This document shows positions 1-8,911 of a stretch of 64,000 nt of DNA, piece after piece (positions within the stretch are counted from its first letter, which is position 1; each line of letters opens with the position of its first letter). The stretch is taken from positions 1 through 64,000 of the forward strand of contig JAYUUN010000103.1 of NCBI GenBank assembly GCA_043754535.1, in the 5' to 3' direction. The DNA is from Chloroflexota bacterium (GTDB taxonomy: Bacteria; Chloroflexota; Chloroflexia; QHBQ01). The notes beneath the pieces were generated by a model. It had not been told where the DNA came from, did no database searches, and was given only the letters and a program-made list of their open reading frames with translations. The translations under genes and the position numbers were made by a program.

Positions 1-123
1 TTCCTCGATCACCTTGTAGCGTTCTGAGGCGTAGCTGATCGCCAACGGGTCGCGCACGGCGAGGGCTTCACGCCGTTCCTGCTCCACACGCTGGCGCACG
101 GCGCGCACTTTGACTGTCGGCAT
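1..123 (-). CDS. 5' end of an unknown protein running off the window (MPTVKVRAVRQRVEQERREALAVRDPLAISYASERYKVIEE...)
   Basis: Open frame from ATG at 123; AGGAG-like SD about 12 nt upstream; extended -10 TGTTATAAT at 156-164 on the minus strand. Confidence 0.55.
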   Translation of the reverse strand, partial: MPTVKVRAVRQRVEQERREALAVRDPLAISYASERYKVIEE

Positions 124-190
124 TTGGCTTTGCGGCTCCTGGCGGATATAGCGGCATTATAACACAGATTGGCGAAAACTGGCCCGATAT

Positions 191-220
191 TTGCCTTTGG
201 CTTTGGCGGTCATGTATAAT
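191..220 (+). promoter_or_regulatory. Sigma70-type promoter for the thiamine operon
   Basis: TTGCCT-N18-TATAAT just upstream of the TPP aptamer. Confidence 0.55.
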
Positions 221-242
221 AGATGGTGCAACTGCATAGTGA

Positions 243-338
243 GGGCTGGGGGGGTCTGGTGAGCCAGGCTGAGAGGGCGTTCCGATGATACGCCGACCCC
301 GCGAACCTGATCTGGGTAATGCCAGCGTAGGGAAGCTG
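243..338 (+). promoter_or_regulatory. TPP (THI-box) riboswitch
   Basis: Hallmarks GGGG...CTGAGA...ACCC..GAACCTGATCTGGGTAATGCCAGCGTAGGGAAG, upstream of thiamine genes. Confidence 0.95.
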
Positions 339-389
339 TAGCACGTGGCCGAAGCGGTCAGGTGCAGCTTGAAGTCACCTGTTTGTGCT

Positions 390-421
390 GGCCGACTCTT
401 AGGGAGAGTCGGCTGTCTTTC
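390..421 (+). terminator. Riboswitch expression-platform hairpin / terminator
   Basis: GCCGACTCT-loop-AGAGTCGGC stem followed by TGTCTTTC, before the thiN SD. Confidence 0.65.
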
Positions 422-439
422 TAAGAGGGGAACAGCAAA

Positions 440-1129
440 GTGCGCGCATTGATCATCACAGGCGGCAAACTGGAACAGCTACCAGACTGGCTGCAACCAG
501 CGGCAGCAGGTGGTCGGGTAGGCTATGACTACCTAGCCTGCGCTGACGGGGGTAGCAACTACGCCCGCCGTCTGGGGCTGCGGCCCGACCTGGTGGTTGG
601 TGATATGGATAGTGTCACACCTGAGACGCTGGCCTGGCTACGTGCGCTTGGCACCACCATGTCGGTCTTTCGCCACGACCAGAAGCAGGAGAGCGACACT
701 GAGCTTGCCCTGCTTTCAGCGATTCGGACGGGGGCGCGCGAGATCGCGATCCTCGGTGCGCTGGGTGGGCGGCTCGATCATGAGCTAGCCAATCTCGCGC
801 TACTCGCTTTGCCCGAACTGGTGGGCTGCGATGTCTGCGTCTGGGACGGCAACGTGGCAGTCTGCCTCTTGCGCGCTGGGAAGAACAAGATTCAGGGTAA
901 GCCGGGTTCGCTCGTCTCCCTGATCCCCTTTGGCGGCGACGCACGGGGAGTGACTACCACGGGACTGCAATACCCTCTGCACAACGAAACCCTACTCCTC
1001 AACCACTCACGCGGGATCAGCAACGTAATGCTCGCGGAAGAAGCCACGGTTGAGATTGGTGACGGACTCCTGCTGGCAATCGTAGACCACGCGACTGGAC
1101 CTGGCCTCGGCCAGCCCGCCGCGAAGTAA
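440..1129 (+). CDS. thiN: Thiamine diphosphokinase
   Basis: ADGG, GDMDS, SDTELAL, GGRLDH, GLQYPL and GISN motifs. Confidence 0.93.
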   Translation: MRALIITGGKLEQLPDWLQPAAAGGRVGYDYLACADGGSNYARRLGLRPDLVVGDMDSVTPETLAWLRALGTTMSVFRHDQKQESDTELALLSAIRTGAREIAILGALGGRLDHELANLALLALPELVGCDVCVWDGNVAVCLLRAGKNKIQGKPGSLVSLIPFGGDARGVTTTGLQYPLHNETLLLNHSRGISNVMLAEEATVEIGDGLLLAIVDHATGPGLGQPAAK

Positions 1130-1215
1130 CTGTAGAGCGCAGAACTGCTGTAGCAGGCTAGGCTAGCCGTGCTGCACCACGCCCGCGATCTGCGCCATTG
1201 CCACAGGAGATCATC

Positions 1216-2067
1216 TTGGAAACTACTAAAAGAGCGGCCCACAGCGGTGGGCCACTAGCGGCTGTCGGCCTCGGCTTCATCCTCTTGCTGATCGGCTGGA
1301 TTCCCTTCTACAACTGGATCGGTACTGCCTGGCAGATCAAGGATAGCAACGGTCAGCCCGCCCTAGACCCTGGCACTGGGGCGACTATCGCCCAGGCTAT
1401 CGCCGGTTCGCTGTTCTGGCTGATCGTCATGGGTGGTCTGATCTTCGTGATTGCCCACTTCAGCGGCGGTTGGCTGGCTGGCTGGGACACGCGGGAGTTG
1501 GTCACGGTGGCGGTGATCGGGGCAACATTCGGCGCGGTGTTCAACGGCTGGACGCTGCTTACCAGTGGGCCGCTAGCGGGGCTGGTGGCTGGTCTTGGCC
1601 CCTGGGCCAACCTGGAGAACGGCATCTGGTTTATCCCCGCCTTCCTCGCCCCCTACATTATCCGCAAGCCGGGGGCTGCCCTCTTTGCCGAAGCAATAGC
1701 TGCCAGCGTCAGCTTCTTGCTTGGGTCACCCTGGGGCTTCTTGGGTGCGGTAGTGGCGGGCCTGGTGCAGGGTCTAGGCGCAGAGGTTGCTTTCGCCCTG
1801 TTCGGCTGGCGTAACTATCGACTGGCAGTGATGCTACTCGCGGGCTTCATCAGCGCGGCGGCCAGCTTCGCCTTCGTCTACCCGATCTGGAACGCTGGCT
1901 ATGATGTGCTCTACAACTCCTTCGGCTTTGTCGCCACTGTAATAGGGGTAACAGGCCTGGGCGTGCTACTCAGTATCGCCCTGGCCGAGGCGTTGCGAGC
2001 CACCGGCGTACTTGACCGCTTCGCCCTTGTGCGCGAGCAGCGAGCAGCGGCGAAGCTACATGGCTGA
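1216..2067 (+). CDS. ykoE: ECF transporter S component, YkoE/ThiV family, with N-terminal membrane extension
   Basis: IIRKPGAALFAE and GLVQGLGAE motifs; TTG start at 1216 after AGGAG; TPP-regulated context. Confidence 0.85.
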   Translation: METTKRAAHSGGPLAAVGLGFILLLIGWIPFYNWIGTAWQIKDSNGQPALDPGTGATIAQAIAGSLFWLIVMGGLIFVIAHFSGGWLAGWDTRELVTVAVIGATFGAVFNGWTLLTSGPLAGLVAGLGPWANLENGIWFIPAFLAPYIIRKPGAALFAEAIAASVSFLLGSPWGFLGAVVAGLVQGLGAEVAFALFGWRNYRLAVMLLAGFISAAASFAFVYPIWNAGYDVLYNSFGFVATVIGVTGLGVLLSIALAEALRATGVLDRFALVREQRAAAKLHG

Positions 2068-4480
2068 TCCTCTGGTTGTAGTTGAGGGCTTTGGCTTCAG
2101 CTATGGCGGGGTGGCAGAGGCAGTGTTGCATGACCTCAACCTGCAAGTGCAACGTGGGGAGGTGCTGCTGCTGCTAGGGCCGAGCGGGGCAGGCAAGAGT
2201 ACGCTAGCCCTCGCTCTCAACGGCCTGATCCCCCACCAGCTTGAGGGCGCGATCAGTGGCCGGGTGATAGTGGATGGCCTGGACACGAGAACGACGACGG
2301 TGGCCGAACTCTGCCAGCACGTGGGCCTGGTGCTGCAAGACCCAGACGCGCAGATCGTGCTGCTCACCGTCGGTGATGAGGTAGCTTTTGGCCTGGAGAA
2401 CATCCGCCTGCCGCCAGCCAAGATGCCCGCCCGCATCAGCCACGCCCTCGCCCTGGTAGGGCTGGCGGACATGGAGGAGCGGGCAACGAATGCCCTGAGC
2501 GGCGGGCAGAAGCAGAGGTTGGCCCTTGCTGCCGCCCTCGCCTTCGCCCCGCAACTGCTTGTCCTCGACGAACCGACCGCCAATCTCGACCCGGTTGCGG
2601 CCCGCACCTTCTTTGCCCTCTGCCAGCAACTCAAGGCGGAGGGGACGACGATCCTGATCATTGAACACCGACTAGACGAGCTGATCGCCTTCGTGGATCG
2701 GGTGGCGGTTCTCGACCCAGGTGGCACGGTGGCGGTGACGGGCAGTCCAGCGGCGGTTTTCGGCGACCCTAGCACGCAGGCGATGTTGCAGAGCTATGGG
2801 GTTTGGCTGCCGCAGGTGAGCGAAGCCTTGCTGCCACTGGCCGCAGAGGGCGCACCGCTGCCGCTGACGATGATTGAGGCAGATGCGCTGCTGGCAACAA
2901 GCGTTTGGGCGGCCAGGAGCAACCAGCCAATGGCAATTAGAGCAGATCTAGGGGCGAGAGAGCGGCCAACAGCCCCTCGTTCTATCATAGAGGTAGAGGG
3001 CTTGAGCTACCGCTATCCAGGTGGGCTGGTGGCCTTGCGCGAGGTAGACCTGAGCATCGCAGAGGGGGAGTTCTTCGCGCTGGTAGGGCCGAATGGTAGC
3101 GGCAAGAGTACGCTGGCCGCCCATTTGGTGGGCCTGCTACCGACACAAGGTAAGGTTAGAGTGCTGGGGCAGGACGTAGGCCGCTTGCGTGGTGCTGCCG
3201 CTGCCAGCCTGGTGGGTTATGTGTTCCAGAACCCTGAGCATCAATTTGTTGCCCGTACCGTGCGCGAGGAGGTAGCCTTCGGCCTGCGCGCCGTAGCAAA
3301 GGCGCGGCGGTTGAGCGAAGCGGCGATCAACGAGCGGGTAGAGACGATGCTGACTGATTTTGGCCTGCTTCAGTATGCAGCACGCAATCCCTTCAGCCTG
3401 AGCCAGGGCCAGAAGCGGCGGCTGAGTGTGGCAACGATGCTGGTCGTCGGCCAACGGGTGCTGATCCTCGACGAGCCAACCTTCGGCCAGGACCAGCGCA
3501 ACGCCAGCCGCTTGATGGCCCGCTTGCAAAGGCTGAACGAGCAGGGCATCACGATCATCATGATCACCCACGACATGACCCTGGTCGCCGAGTACGCAGA
3601 GCGGGTGGCTGTGCTGCTGGCTGGCGAGATCGCTTACTGCGGGCGGCCCCACGACCTGTTCGCCGACCGCGAGTTGATGCAAAGGGCCAGCCTGTTGCCC
3701 CCACCGCTCTACGAACTTAGCACTCTGCTGCAAGCGCGGCACCCAGGCTTCCCGCTACTGACCACCGTAGCCGAGTGGCACGCCCTGTTGAGCAACAACC
3801 ATGCTCACTTACTACCCAACCGACTCGCTGCTACACCGCACCAACCCGACGATCAAGCTGCTGGCAGTAGTGGTGCTGGTCGTGCTTGTCACCTTCGCCT
3901 ACGACGTAGCAACCCCACTGATCTACCTGCTACTCACCATCATGGCCCTGCGCTTTGGCGGGCAGTTGCCCCTACGCTGGGTTGCGGGCAGCCTCGCGCC
4001 CTTCGTGGTCGTCGCCCTCGGCTTCCTGCTCACCAACCTGCTGTTCGCCCGCCCTGTCCTCCATCCCACCAGCCTGTTCAGCCTCGGCCCGCTGACCGTG
4101 ACGGCGCAAGCGGTAGGGCTAGGGCTGGCGGTGGGGCTGAGGGTGCTGTTCATCGGTACAAGTTCGCTGCTGCTGATTGGTACGACCGAACCCACACGCC
4201 TGGTAGTCAGCCTGATCCTGCAAGCAAAACTCAACTATCGGATCGCTTACGCCACCCTGGTTGCCTACCGCTTCGTGCCACTGCTAGCAGCAGAGTACCG
4301 CACGATCAGGGCTGCCAGCCGCATCCGTGGGCGCAAGGGCGGGTTGCGCGGCTTGCTGCGCGACACAATCCCCCTGCTGGCAGGGGCAATCCGCAGGGCA
4401 GAGCGGATCGCGCTGGCAATGGACAGCCGCGCCTTCGCTGCCTACCCCACCCGCACCTACCGCCAGCCAACCAGCATTGA
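2060..4480 (+). CDS. ykoD: ECF transporter duplicated ATPase (YkoD-like); homologous part ends near 3800 but the frame stays open to 4480
   Basis: Two ABC cassettes (GPSGAGKS/LSGGQKQR/LDEP and [20 protein letters not shown]); ATG overlaps the end of the S-component gene. Confidence 0.85.
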   Translation: MADPLVVVEGFGFSYGGVAEAVLHDLNLQVQRGEVLLLLGPSGAGKSTLALALNGLIPHQLEGAISGRVIVDGLDTRTTTVAELCQHVGLVLQDPDAQIVLLTVGDEVAFGLENIRLPPAKMPARISHALALVGLADMEERATNALSGGQKQRLALAAALAFAPQLLVLDEPTANLDPVAARTFFALCQQLKAEGTTILIIEHRLDELIAFVDRVAVLDPGGTVAVTGSPAAVFGDPSTQAMLQSYGVWLPQVSEALLPLAAEGAPLPLTMIEADALLATSVWAARSNQPMAIRADLGARERPTAPRSIIEVEGLSYRYPGGLVALREVDLSIAEGEFFALVGPNGSGKSTLAAHLVGLLPTQGKVRVLGQDVGRLRGAAAASLVGYVFQNPEHQFVARTVREEVAFGLRAVAKARRLSEAAINERVETMLTDFGLLQYAARNPFSLSQGQKRRLSVATMLVVGQRVLILDEPTFGQDQRNASRLMARLQRLNEQGITIIMITHDMTLVAEYAERVAVLLAGEIAYCGRPHDLFADRELMQRASLLPPPLYELSTLLQARHPGFPLLTTVAEWHALLSNNHAHLLPNRLAATPHQPDDQAAGSSGAGRACHLRLRRSNPTDLPATHHHGPALWRAVAPTLGCGQPRALRGRRPRLPAHQPAVRPPCPPSHQPVQPRPADRDGASGRARAGGGAEGAVHRYKFAAADWYDRTHTPGSQPDPASKTQLSDRLRHPGCLPLRATASSRVPHDQGCQPHPWAQGRVARLAARHNPPAGRGNPQGRADRAGNGQPRLRCLPHPHLPPANQH

Positions 4481-4592
4481 GCGGGCCGACTGGCTGTTCC
4501 TGCTGATCAGCGTGGGCGGTGGCAGCCTGCTTTTCGCTGTCCTGGTCGCCAGCGGCATCACGCGGGGGCTGGGGGCGCAGTTCGCGGGCTAA
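3801..4592 (+). CDS. ykoC: ECF transporter transmembrane T component (YkoC/CbiQ family)
   Basis: LHRTNPTIKL start, YRFVP, IRG and AMDSRAF (ARG-like) motifs; hydrophobic. Confidence 0.9.
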   Translation: MLTYYPTDSLLHRTNPTIKLLAVVVLVVLVTFAYDVATPLIYLLLTIMALRFGGQLPLRWVAGSLAPFVVVALGFLLTNLLFARPVLHPTSLFSLGPLTVTAQAVGLGLAVGLRVLFIGTSSLLLIGTTEPTRLVVSLILQAKLNYRIAYATLVAYRFVPLLAAEYRTIRAASRIRGRKGGLRGLLRDTIPLLAGAIRRAERIALAMDSRAFAAYPTRTYRQPTSIERADWLFLLISVGGGSLLFAVLVASGITRGLGAQFAG

Positions 4593-4684
4593 GGACGGTC
4601 AGGGGCGGCAAGATGGTTGCAATATGACCCTTGCTAATGCTACAATGCAAGCCGTACCCTCATCGTGCCAGGAGAAAACTGCCC

Positions 4685-7168
4685 ATGTCTGCTGCTTCCC
4701 CCGCTAACGCTGGTATTCGTCGGCGTGGCCCCTTCATCTTCCGCCTGCTCCGGGTCTTGCTAGTGATCATCCTGCTCTTGCTGGTGGCGGCTGCCGGGTT
4801 CGTCTACTACTCGATCCAGAAGGCAATGCCCACCATCAGCGGCACCCTCAAGGTGGGCGGCCTCAGCGCAAACGCGATCATCGTGCGCGACAAAGAGGGC
4901 ATCCCCCACCTCACTGCCGCCAACCCCAGCGACCTGTTCTTTGCCAACGGCTACGCCCACGCCCAGGATCGCCTCTTTCAGATGGAGCTTTTCCGCCGCA
5001 ATGCCAGCGGGCGGTTGGCCGAGTTCGCTGGCGAGCGCGCCCTTAGCCGCGACCGCCTGATGCGAGCGGTTGGCCTGCGCCGCGTCGCTGAGGAGGAGTA
5101 CAAGACGCTGACCCCAGAGCAGCGGGAGCCACTCGACCGCTATGCTGCCGGGGTCAACGCCTTCATCGAAGGCCACAAGGACAGCCTGCCAGTGGAGTTT
5201 ACCCTGGCCGGGATCAGCCCCGAACCCTGGACGGCGGTGGATAGCCTGGCGATTGGCCGCCAGATTCCGTGGACTTTGAGCGGAAACTGGTCTACCGAAC
5301 TGACCATCGCTGACATTGCCGCCAAGTTGGACACCACGCGGGCTTTGGACCTCTTTCCCGACGTGGATGCCAGCTTCAACACGATCAGTGGCGGCAGCGG
5401 CAGCGGCCTGCGCTTGAGCGACCAGCAGGCCGCCGCCAGCGTCGGCAACCCGAACGGTAGCCTGGCTGACTATAAGCAGAGCATCGCCCTCTTTCCCTTG
5501 CGGATGAAGATGGAGGGGCTGGGCAGCAACAACTGGGTGGTTGACGGCAGCAAGTCTAGCACAGGCAAGCCACTGCTTGCCAACGACCCCCATCTCGGCG
5601 TGCAGAACCCCGCGATTTGGACGCAGTTGCACCTGCAAACCACAGACGGCAGCTTCAACGTGGTCGGCTTCAGCTTCGCTGGTATCCCTGGCGTGGTGAT
5701 CGGCCACAACGACCGCATCGCCTGGGGCGTGACCAACGTCGGCCCCGACACCCAAGACCTCTATATCGAGCGCACCGACGCAGCTCACCCCGGTCAATAC
5801 CAGTTCCAAGATGACTGGGAGGATTTTCGGCTGGTGACGGAGACGATCAAGATCAAGGGAGCAGCCGCTGACAACTATGTAGTGCGGATCAGCCGCCACG
5901 GGCCGATCATCAGCGACGCACTTAAGGGGGTGAGCAGCACCCTCGCCCTCAAGTGGGTCGCCAACGACCCGGTGGGCCTACTACCTGCGGTGATCGAACT
6001 GGATCAGGCAAGAGATTGGCCTAGCTTCCGTACTGCCCTGAGCAAGTGGACGCTGGCGGGCCAAAACTTCGTTTATGCCGACGTGGACGGCAATATTGGC
6101 TATCAGGCGACCGGCAAGGTGCCAGTCAGGGCGCAGGGCAACGGCCTCCTACCAGTACCGGGCTGGACGGGCGAGAACGAATGGACGGGCTTCGTCAACT
6201 TCGACCAGATGCCCAGCATCTACAACCCGCCCAGCCACTACATCGCCACCGCCAACAATCGGCCCGCCGCTGGCCCCTTCCTCGCCGCACGCTACGCCCC
6301 ACCCTACCGCATCGGGCGCATCCGCCAGTTGCTTGAGGCAAAGGATAAGTTGAGCGTGGCCGACATGACCGCGATCCAATACGACTCGACTAGCCTGCTG
6401 GCCGCCAAGATCGCCCCCTACCTGGCCGCCCTCAAGAGCAGCGACCCGGCAGTGCAGCAGGCGATTGACCGCTTTAAGAGTTGGGATGGCAACATGGCCG
6501 CCGACAGCGTGACCGCCGCAATCTATGCCCAGACCTTCAACCGCGTCCTCACCGACACTTTCGCCGACGAACTGGGCAGCGTTGCGGACGAGTACCTCGA
6601 CCAGGAGGGTGATGCCAGCATCAAGTTGGAGCAGATGCTAGACCGCACCGCCGACCTCTGGTGGGACGATGTGAAGACGGCGGGCAAGCAGGAGCAGCGT
6701 GACGACATCCTGCTCAAGGCGATCACCACTGCGGTGGGCGAACTGAACGGCAAGCAGGGTAGCGACCAGGCCAAGTGGCAATGGGGCAAGCTGCACAAGC
6801 TCTACCTCGATCACCCACTTGGTGGGGTCAAGGTGTTGGGTATCCAGATTTTTGGTAGCTTCAACCACGGCCCCTACGAGTTGAGTGGTGACAACACGAC
6901 CGTCAATGTCAGCCACTACTCGGTTGGTGACGCGCTGGATGGTCAGGGCTACGATGAAACCGCTTATCCCTCGATGCGGAAGGTGGAGGACGTAAGCGAC
7001 TGGGCTGGTTCACGCTGGATACTACCCGGTGGGGCCAGCGGCCAGCCCTTCAGCAAGCACTTCGGCGATCAGGTGGATGGCTACATGGGCGGCAAGTACA
7101 ACCCGATCCGCTTCAGCGACGCGGCGATCAAGGACGGAGCCGAAGGCACCCTCACCCTCACCCCTTAG
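4685..7168 (+). CDS. Membrane-anchored penicillin acylase family (Ntn hydrolase) protein
   Basis: IVRDKEGIPH, GYAHAQDRLFQM, autocleavage GSNNW, LANDPHL; N-terminal TM helix; AGGAG SD. Confidence 0.92.
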   Translation: MSAASPANAGIRRRGPFIFRLLRVLLVIILLLLVAAAGFVYYSIQKAMPTISGTLKVGGLSANAIIVRDKEGIPHLTAANPSDLFFANGYAHAQDRLFQMELFRRNASGRLAEFAGERALSRDRLMRAVGLRRVAEEEYKTLTPEQREPLDRYAAGVNAFIEGHKDSLPVEFTLAGISPEPWTAVDSLAIGRQIPWTLSGNWSTELTIADIAAKLDTTRALDLFPDVDASFNTISGGSGSGLRLSDQQAAASVGNPNGSLADYKQSIALFPLRMKMEGLGSNNWVVDGSKSSTGKPLLANDPHLGVQNPAIWTQLHLQTTDGSFNVVGFSFAGIPGVVIGHNDRIAWGVTNVGPDTQDLYIERTDAAHPGQYQFQDDWEDFRLVTETIKIKGAAADNYVVRISRHGPIISDALKGVSSTLALKWVANDPVGLLPAVIELDQARDWPSFRTALSKWTLAGQNFVYADVDGNIGYQATGKVPVRAQGNGLLPVPGWTGENEWTGFVNFDQMPSIYNPPSHYIATANNRPAAGPFLAARYAPPYRIGRIRQLLEAKDKLSVADMTAIQYDSTSLLAAKIAPYLAALKSSDPAVQQAIDRFKSWDGNMAADSVTAAIYAQTFNRVLTDTFADELGSVADEYLDQEGDASIKLEQMLDRTADLWWDDVKTAGKQEQRDDILLKAITTAVGELNGKQGSDQAKWQWGKLHKLYLDHPLGGVKVLGIQIFGSFNHGPYELSGDNTTVNVSHYSVGDALDGQGYDETAYPSMRKVEDVSDWAGSRWILPGGASGQPFSKHFGDQVDGYMGGKYNPIRFSDAAIKDGAEGTLTLTP

Positions 7169-7189
7169 CAGCTAGTCAGCGGCAAACGG

Positions 7190-7217
7190 AAGGGGGAGCG
7201 GCTACCGCTCCCCCTCG
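7190..7217. terminator. Hairpin between convergent genes
   Basis: GGGGAGCGG / CCGCTCCCC inverted repeat. Confidence 0.6.
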
Positions 7218-7236
7218 TTGCTGCTAGCTGCCAACC

Positions 7237-8697
7237 CTAGCCCTGGTAGGTGTCGTCAAAGACAGACCAGTGGTTGTAGTTGTCGTAGCTGTACTGGTCG
7301 CGGTCGTTGTAGATGACGTAAATCTTCTTCAGCACCGGCCCGGCGTAGATCATCTGGCCGCGCTGGAAGTATTGCTGCGCGCCGCCACCCGCTGGGCTGC
7401 CCAACGCAGCAACCGTCTCTGGGGCGGTAGCGAAGCCGAGGCGTTCGCGCACTCTTGCGCCCGTTCCCTCGCGCCACACCTTGCCGAAGCCGCGCAGGGG
7501 GACGTAGAGGCCTGCCGGGGCTGTGATGTTGGTTGGCTCTGCCTCATTGGTGTAGGTATCATCAAAGGCTTGTATGCTACCATCTTCAAAGAGGACGTAT
7601 ATCTTCTTGTAGCTGTAGCTGCCAGACTGGTAGATCACGTCCAGCATCTGCCCATGCTCAAAGTATTGTTGGGCGGTAGTGATGGCACGCTCGGCCTCGT
7701 AGTTGCAACCAAGCTGCTGCTGCACCTCTGGGTGGTCGGCCCAGACCTTGCCGAAGCCGCGCACTGGCACCCGCCCGCCAGGGCAGTTCTGCACAACCGG
7801 GGCTGGCTTGCCTGCATCGTTGTAACGCCAGGAGTAGTAGTGCTGGCCGATATTGCCCATCTGTACCTTGAAGCCCGCTGGCGCACTCGGCACGTAGGTG
7901 AGGACGCGCCGCTCGTAGGGCTGGATTAGCACGTCGGTGTTGGTCTGGCCTGCGATCTTGACGCTGGCCCAGTATGCGTCGGCAATTGGGTAGCCAGTGG
8001 CATAGAAGTAGGGGTCGTTTAGGCGGGCGTTGACCGTCTTGCCGCCCTGCACTAGCGGGCCGCTGGCATTGAGGAAGTCCCAGAAGACGGTGGGGACGTT
8101 GTGGCGGGTGGCGGCCTCGTAGTAGGTGTACTTGACGCTGTAGCTGCTGAAGCGGCTGTCGGTACCGAGCCGACCAGCGCGGTCAATGGTCGAGGTGGCA
8201 GTCTGGTTCAGCTTGTTGATGTCGCCGTAGTCGTAGGTAGCAGAGCGGAAGCTGGCGTAGGTGGGGGCGGAGAGGTCGTCAGTGTCGCTGGCGAGGGCGA
8301 TCTCGGCGGCGTAGCGGGCCACGAAGCGGTTGTTGCCGGTCTGCATCTGGCCGCTGATCAACTCTTTGGTCAGTAGGCCATTGGTGACGTAGAAGGGGTT
8401 GCTCCTGTCGCCATTGGGGTCGTTGATCTCCATACGGCTCTTGTCAAAGTATTGGACGAGGTGCTTGCCGCCGACTCCCTCGGCGTAATCTTCATTGGTG
8501 GTGTAGCCAGGTAGCGGCCCCCAGTAGAAGCTGCGCTTGACTGCGCCGCTGTCTACCAGGCTGTCAGTGCGCGTCCAGGTAGTCTGGAACGCTAGGTCCG
8601 CGAAGTTATTGGGGGCAGCGTTCGCCAGGCCAAAGCTGCCGAACAGCAGGCCGAAGATAGCGATGGCTGCCAGGATCGTAGTAAACCGCTTCATCAT
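7237..8697 (-). CDS. Secreted protein, Chloroflexota-type WxRTD/YWGP module plus two C-terminal PVRGFGKVW repeats (paralogue 1)
   Basis: Signal peptide; AAGGAG SD; WTRTD, YWGP, VQYFDKSRMEIN, GYPIADAYW, VQMGNIGQHYY motifs. Confidence 0.8.
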   Translation of the reverse strand: MMKRFTTILAAIAIFGLLFGSFGLANAAPNNFADLAFQTTWTRTDSLVDSGAVKRSFYWGPLPGYTTNEDYAEGVGGKHLVQYFDKSRMEINDPNGDRSNPFYVTNGLLTKELISGQMQTGNNRFVARYAAEIALASDTDDLSAPTYASFRSATYDYGDINKLNQTATSTIDRAGRLGTDSRFSSYSVKYTYYEAATRHNVPTVFWDFLNASGPLVQGGKTVNARLNDPYFYATGYPIADAYWASVKIAGQTNTDVLIQPYERRVLTYVPSAPAGFKVQMGNIGQHYYSWRYNDAGKPAPVVQNCPGGRVPVRGFGKVWADHPEVQQQLGCNYEAERAITTAQQYFEHGQMLDVIYQSGSYSYKKIYVLFEDGSIQAFDDTYTNEAEPTNITAPAGLYVPLRGFGKVWREGTGARVRERLGFATAPETVAALGSPAGGGAQQYFQRGQMIYAGPVLKKIYVIYNDRDQYSYDNYNHWSVFDDTYQG

Positions 8698-8787
8698 CTT
8701 ACTCCTTAAGTGTTGTCTAGCTGACGGTTGATCGTTGCTGTGGGGATCGATCCACGCGGCGGGGCTTGTGTCCCTGTCACTCTGATC

Positions 8788-8813
8788 AACGGACAAGCAG
8801 CTTGCAGGTTGCG
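8788..8813 (-). promoter_or_regulatory. Putative ECF sigma promoter CGCAAC-N16-CGTT
   Basis: Fits the AAC/CGT ECF consensus; same spacing recurs at 11532-11557. Confidence 0.5.
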
Positions 8814-8856
8814 CCCCAGCCTCTCCTATTATAGTGCGACCTACACTGCTAGCTTC

Positions 8857-8890
8857 AAACAGAAAGGCGCGGCCAGTTAGCCGCGCTCCT
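8857..8890 (-). terminator. Intrinsic terminator after paralogue 2
   Basis: GCGCGGC-TAACTG-GCCGCGC followed by CTTTCTGTTT on the minus strand. Confidence 0.7.
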
Positions 8891-8911
8891 TACTACCCTT
8901 GTAGTCACCGC

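Noticed and set aside
4760..5899. 379-aa minus-strand ORF
   Set aside because: Antisense shadow of the acylase gene; no motifs
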